Shown in pieces: positions 60,101 to 64,000 of a stretch of 64,000 nt of DNA. Positions within the stretch are counted from its first letter, which is position 1, and each line of letters starts with the position of its first letter. The notes beneath the pieces were generated by a model. That model made no database searches, was not told where the DNA came from, and saw only the letters and a program-made list of their open reading frames with translations. A program made the position numbers and the translations under genes. Origin of the DNA: an uncultured Desulfobacter sp. (GTDB lineage Bacteria > Desulfobacterota > Desulfobacteria > Desulfobacterales > Desulfobacteraceae); the NCBI GenBank assembly GCA_963665095.1, contig OY762069.1, positions 672,001 through 736,000 on the forward strand, read 5' to 3'.

Positions 60101-60536
60101 ATGGCTAAATGTTGCCGACAACTGTCTGCTGGAATGTATAGAGTAAGACTCCTTGCGGCTGCACTCATGTTGTTTTCTTTTTTTGTCAGCTCATATGGTA
60201 TCGGAATGGCTGCCCCCTGGCAAGAACACACATGGAAGAATCAGTGTTTGCGGCAAGCAGACCCCACCTTCCCTGGGACGGCCCCCGGACAGGGCCGGCC
60301 GGTGCGGCTGAGAAAAAAATTGCCATGATATGTGAAGATCTGCGAAACGGCGGTGTCCTTGGGGTGGCAAAGGGCGTCCAGGAGGCCGCCGATGTCATGG
60401 GATGGCAGATAAGCGTTTTCGATGCAGGCGGGACTCCAGGCGGAAGGGAGCGTGCTATAGCGGATGCCATTGCAATGGCACCCGACAGCCTCATTCTTGT
60501 GGGCAGTGATGCCAATACCATGACCTCCATACTCAA
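60101..60536 (+). pseudogene. Frameshifted, IS-truncated sugar-binding (periplasmic binding protein type 1) gene
   Basis: Signal peptide in one frame; WDGPRTGP...DLRNGGVLGVAKGVQEAADVMGW in another; stops at the IS4 end. Confidence 0.65.
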
Positions 60537-61160
60537 AATGTCATAAAGTTAACGACAAGGCTTATAATTCATGTAATGCTCCCGCTTGTTGATCTTATGT
60601 TTCCGTTTGAATTTACGGCCGGGCCTAATGGGTTCTGTTGCCGCCATGAAAAGAGCATGAAGATTCTTAATCAATTGTACGATAATTTCACGCGGTCTTT
60701 CAAAAAGCAAAAAGAGGGTGTATTTAGATTTTGAAATTGCCTGCGTCATATTCAGCTGGTATTCATACTTTTTCTCATGGTCCTCCTTCTCAACTGTCTC
60801 CTGAGCTGGGGAGGCCAGTACCCACGTAAGATTTTTTGCCAGGACTTTTGAATGGAAATCTTGATAGACAGACAATACCTTTGTGCCGGAAAAATTTCCG
60901 ATTTCAATGCGTTGTTTCATGAAAAGATAATCAACTTCCACCGGCCAGCGTTTATGATATAAGTCCATAAAAATGTCATAAGGGAATTTTTGTTCATCGA
61001 TCAGTGATGTGATGAGAACTTCAATTTCACCGCTTTCGAGTTCAACTCGTATAAGGCGCAAACACAAGGGAGAGGCGTCAAGAACCATTTCTTCACATTC
61101 TTTTTTTGATTGGTACGAAGCATGAAGACCAATTATGGTTTCCTGGGCACCCGATGAATT
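60537..61160 (-). mobile_element. IS4-family transposase remnant (3' part plus terminal IR)
   Basis: LITSL...LYHKRWPVEVDYLFMK (Y-R-E-K signature), QDFHSKV; terminal AATGTCATAAAGTTAA at 60537-60552; 5' part missing. Confidence 0.8.
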
Positions 61161-61349
61161 CTTTTCTTGATCTTAGGTGCCGGGAAGGTTAATCTCCCAA
61201 AAAAGTTGATCCGAACAAAAAATATTCAAATCGTAGTAGACCGTTATTTGATTCTGATGTTGAAAGAGTAGGTTATGTATAAATTGAAATGGTCATAAGA
61301 GGTTTTTTGTGGCCGGATTTCAAATTTTCCGGCTTTAACAGGAGATACA

Positions 61350-61742
61350 ATGATTAACGAAATCATTAAAAGAGTTCACAATTTAACAGTCCCCCAACAA
61401 AAAGAGCTCTTAGATTACCTCGACTCTTTGCAAAATTACAGTTTAAGAGGCTATCCCCGTAAAAAAGCAGCTGTTGCTGTTGACGCGGTTGTGGGCAACC
61501 GAGTCCTGCAGACCCATAGTATTGATATCAGTGCAAGCGGAATATACATCCAGGCCTCTGGTAAATTTCAAGTTGATGCCGATGCAAGAGTTCTGTTTTC
61601 AATTCCGGGTGCAAAGACACCCTTTAAGTTTGGCGGAAAGATAATCCGGGTTGATCAGGAAGGAATTTCCATAAAATTTGAAGGACTGAATGCTTATATG
61701 AAAGAGACGTTGGATAAACTGATATGGAAGGGTTCGGAATAA
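61350..61742 (+). CDS. PilZ-domain protein
   Basis: RGYPR (RxxxR) and DISASG (D/NxSxxG); AGGAG RBS. Confidence 0.85.
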   Translation: MINEIIKRVHNLTVPQQKELLDYLDSLQNYSLRGYPRKKAAVAVDAVVGNRVLQTHSIDISASGIYIQASGKFQVDADARVLFSIPGAKTPFKFGGKIIRVDQEGISIKFEGLNAYMKETLDKLIWKGSE

Positions 61743-61775
61743 ATCATGCCCTCCCATATCTGATGAGCAAAAGAG

Positions 61776-62510
61776 CTATTCTCCAAGTACAAAGCTGTTT
61801 CGGTTTCCCTGGATCGACTCAATACGTCTGGCTCTTTCACGTTCCCAGTCATCAATCGGGTCCTCTTTTGCCCAGGCCATGAGTAGCTTCCGGTTTTTTT
61901 TACTGATGATACCATGTCCTGGGTAGGCGTCATCCATATAGAAATAAATTCTGGCAATATCCCCTCTGATTTCAGCGCGGGGTTCGGCTTTCCTCTTTTC
62001 TATTTCCATATCGCAGGGTCCGAATATTCTTTTTTCTCCTGGGATCATGGCGTAACTGTAATTGGATCGCAAGGCATTTATCTGACCGATGGCCGGCGTC
62101 AGATTGTAGAGATCCGCCTGCATGTACCGGTACTCCATGTTTGCTTTTTCCGCACATTTTCTTCCTTTGAAGGACTTGCCGGTTTTATTGACACATACCC
62201 GATCACCGTCGCGCCACTCTTTAAAGGACTGGCCAAAGCTTTGCGCCGGAACCACATGTTCCCACTCAATTCTGTCTGCCCGTTTCCGATGTTTGGTTGT
62301 CGGGGAAAATTTGTCTGCCTGGAAGATCACTTTTTTGTCCATTTTGAACTGGCAGGCGCAATAAAAGGTTTCTCTGTGATCGCAATACACTTTGTTTAAA
62401 AGAAGTTTTTTTGATTTGGAAAAACTGTCAATGGTTGTGTTGCCGCCTGCCATGGCCAGAGCAGGAGGTGTCAGAAAACAGATATACACAATTGCTTTTA
62501 AAATTCGCAC
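61776..62510 (-). CDS. endA: Endonuclease I family periplasmic/extracellular DNase
   Basis: Signal peptide; TFYCAC, RIEWEHVVP, ADLYNLTPAIGQINALRSN, RGDIARIYFYM, IQGNRN. Confidence 0.9.
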   Translation of the reverse strand: MRILKAIVYICFLTPPALAMAGGNTTIDSFSKSKKLLLNKVYCDHRETFYCACQFKMDKKVIFQADKFSPTTKHRKRADRIEWEHVVPAQSFGQSFKEWRDGDRVCVNKTGKSFKGRKCAEKANMEYRYMQADLYNLTPAIGQINALRSNYSYAMIPGEKRIFGPCDMEIEKRKAEPRAEIRGDIARIYFYMDDAYPGHGIISKKNRKLLMAWAKEDPIDDWERERARRIESIQGNRNSFVLGE

Positions 62511-62760
62511 CTTACGATTCTCCCTATAAAAAGATTCACTGATTTTAGAGTTAAGAGGACCATTTTTTCTGTATTGATTTCCGGTTAGAAAAAAGAAAGG
62601 ATCACAGGGGGCAACCTTTATTGATCATATTAAAATAGAGTTGCTGAAAACAGATTCAAAGGCCTTCAGCAAAAATGTAAAAAAATATTTATTGGCCAAG
62701 GACATCCAATAGGCCTGATCCATAAAATATAATAACAGTGGCGAAAAGCAATAGTAAAAT

Positions 62761-63795
62761 TTAAAAACCGCGTGCGGTATTGAGCTGTTCAGCGCCCTCC
62801 AGGATATCTTCTGCATAGTATTTCAGGCAATTGTAAAAGGAGAGAACCTGAACCAGTCGCCTTAGGTCAAACCGGGCAGTCAGTCCTTCTTTTCTGATGT
62901 CTGCCAGCCGGTTTTCCATGTGGGACACAAGCCGCGTCAGTTCATCTGTATCCAGTCTCCCACTTCCTGAATTTAACGCAATCAGTGTCTGCCCGGCCAC
63001 TTTGGCAATCTGTTCCATCTCAGGTGCCATAATGATCTTAAACCCGTCACTGGGAAGGCCGTTGAGAATTTTTGCCATTGTCCGTAAATTTTCAACCGTT
63101 CGCGTCATGAGAAATGCCCTGATCTGGAAAAGGTCTTCCAGTCTGTAAAGCCGGACTTCATTTCTGTGGATAGCGGCAAGATACCCATGGTTTTCCTGGG
63201 CATCGGCGACAAGACTGTCAATAGGCACCTCTTCAATATGTTGCTGTTTTTCCGCAAACGCTGTCACAAGGCTCAGACCCAGCTGGCTGCATTTTTTTGC
63301 CTGTGCCAGCAACCGCCCGCCTAAAGCATCTGCCCTGCGCCGGGGAAACACCAGAACGGAAACCGCAAAAGCACAGATGATACCGATTGAGATTTCCACC
63401 ACCCGGAACAAAGCAAACCGGAGAATATCCTGGTTTGCTGCGCCTGTCATGATGATAATCACTGCTGTAATGGCGGCCATCCGGTATTTGGTTTTATACC
63501 GGGTCAGAAAGGCGCATAGCCCTGTGGCGATAAACAGCACCAGGCTGATCCCGAAGGGTGTCCTTGGCACAAGCAGCATCAGACCTGCGCCCATGGCAGC
63601 CCCAATCACAGTTCCGGACAACCGGTAAAGGCACATATCCATGGAATCCGCCACATAAACCTGCATGACAATCACCGTGGATATCACGGCCCAGTATCCA
63701 AACTCCAGGTTAAAAAAAAAGGTCACTGCATAAGCAGTCAGGCAGGCAAGGGCGGTTTTAACACCGTGAAGCAAATAAAGAGACGATATCTTCAT
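62761..63795 (-). CDS. FUSC / aromatic acid exporter family membrane protein
   Basis: GYWAVISTVIVMQ, RLSGTVIGA, RVVEISIGI; N-terminal TMs and helical C-terminus. Confidence 0.82.
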   Translation of the reverse strand: MKISSLYLLHGVKTALACLTAYAVTFFFNLEFGYWAVISTVIVMQVYVADSMDMCLYRLSGTVIGAAMGAGLMLLVPRTPFGISLVLFIATGLCAFLTRYKTKYRMAAITAVIIIMTGAANQDILRFALFRVVEISIGIICAFAVSVLVFPRRRADALGGRLLAQAKKCSQLGLSLVTAFAEKQQHIEEVPIDSLVADAQENHGYLAAIHRNEVRLYRLEDLFQIRAFLMTRTVENLRTMAKILNGLPSDGFKIIMAPEMEQIAKVAGQTLIALNSGSGRLDTDELTRLVSHMENRLADIRKEGLTARFDLRRLVQVLSFYNCLKYYAEDILEGAEQLNTARGF

Positions 63796-64000
63796 AAATT
63801 CCTTGAGCGTCTTGGAAATTAAAAGGAGGTCTTATATCATATCTTAATCTCCTTGCCAAAAAGAAATAACGCCGTCAAGATTTGTGTTTTAAATGATTTG
63901 AAAATGGCTGGTTTACAACTGATGTGAATTTAGATAAAGTAAAAGAAGAATTACAACCGGACTTGTGCTTCCCCACAGACAATCGCTTTTTGCGGCGACT

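Noticed and set aside
1..64000. CRISPR arrays, rRNA, tRNA, integron attC arrays
   Set aside because: No regularly spaced repeats or RNA-gene signatures were seen by eye; a tRNAscan/Infernal run would be needed to exclude small RNAs.

Overview
Bacterial chromosomal window. The gene content (TauE/DUF169/sigma54 two-component module, HdrD-like Fe-S protein, many bEBPs) suggests a sulfate-reducing deltaproteobacterium such as Desulfobacteraceae; this is inference. Layout: (1) 1-14 kb is a biosynthetic/tailoring region: radical SAM/SPASM, HprK-like kinase-nucleotidyltransferase fusion, AsnB-type amidotransferase, cNMP-patatin, then a divergent flippase-like / monomodular C-A-T-TE NRPS / GT1 glycosyltransferase operon. 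(2) 14.4-22 kb is a c-di-GMP-linked phosphorelay with a four-SBP hybrid kinase. (3) 22-32 kb holds a probable selenocysteine-containing CCG-domain Fe-S oxidoreductase, a Tat M15 peptidase and a divergent sigma54 DUF169/TauE module with its two-component system. (4) About 32.2-61.2 kb is a mosaic accessory island: truncated ABM gene, 1073-aa toxin-like protein with two Cys-His-Asp domains, ISAs1/IS66/IS4 and primase remnants, GH5, and a sigma54-activated RND/crotonase/MFS operon followed by a second TetR-regulated RND system. (5) PilZ, endonuclease I and FUSC genes. No rRNA, tRNA or CRISPR array was seen. The best candidates for new biology are the NRPS-GT1-flippase operon (predicted acyl-tyrosine glycolipid), the double-papain-fold toxin-like protein and the kinase-NTase/AsnB/rSAM module.
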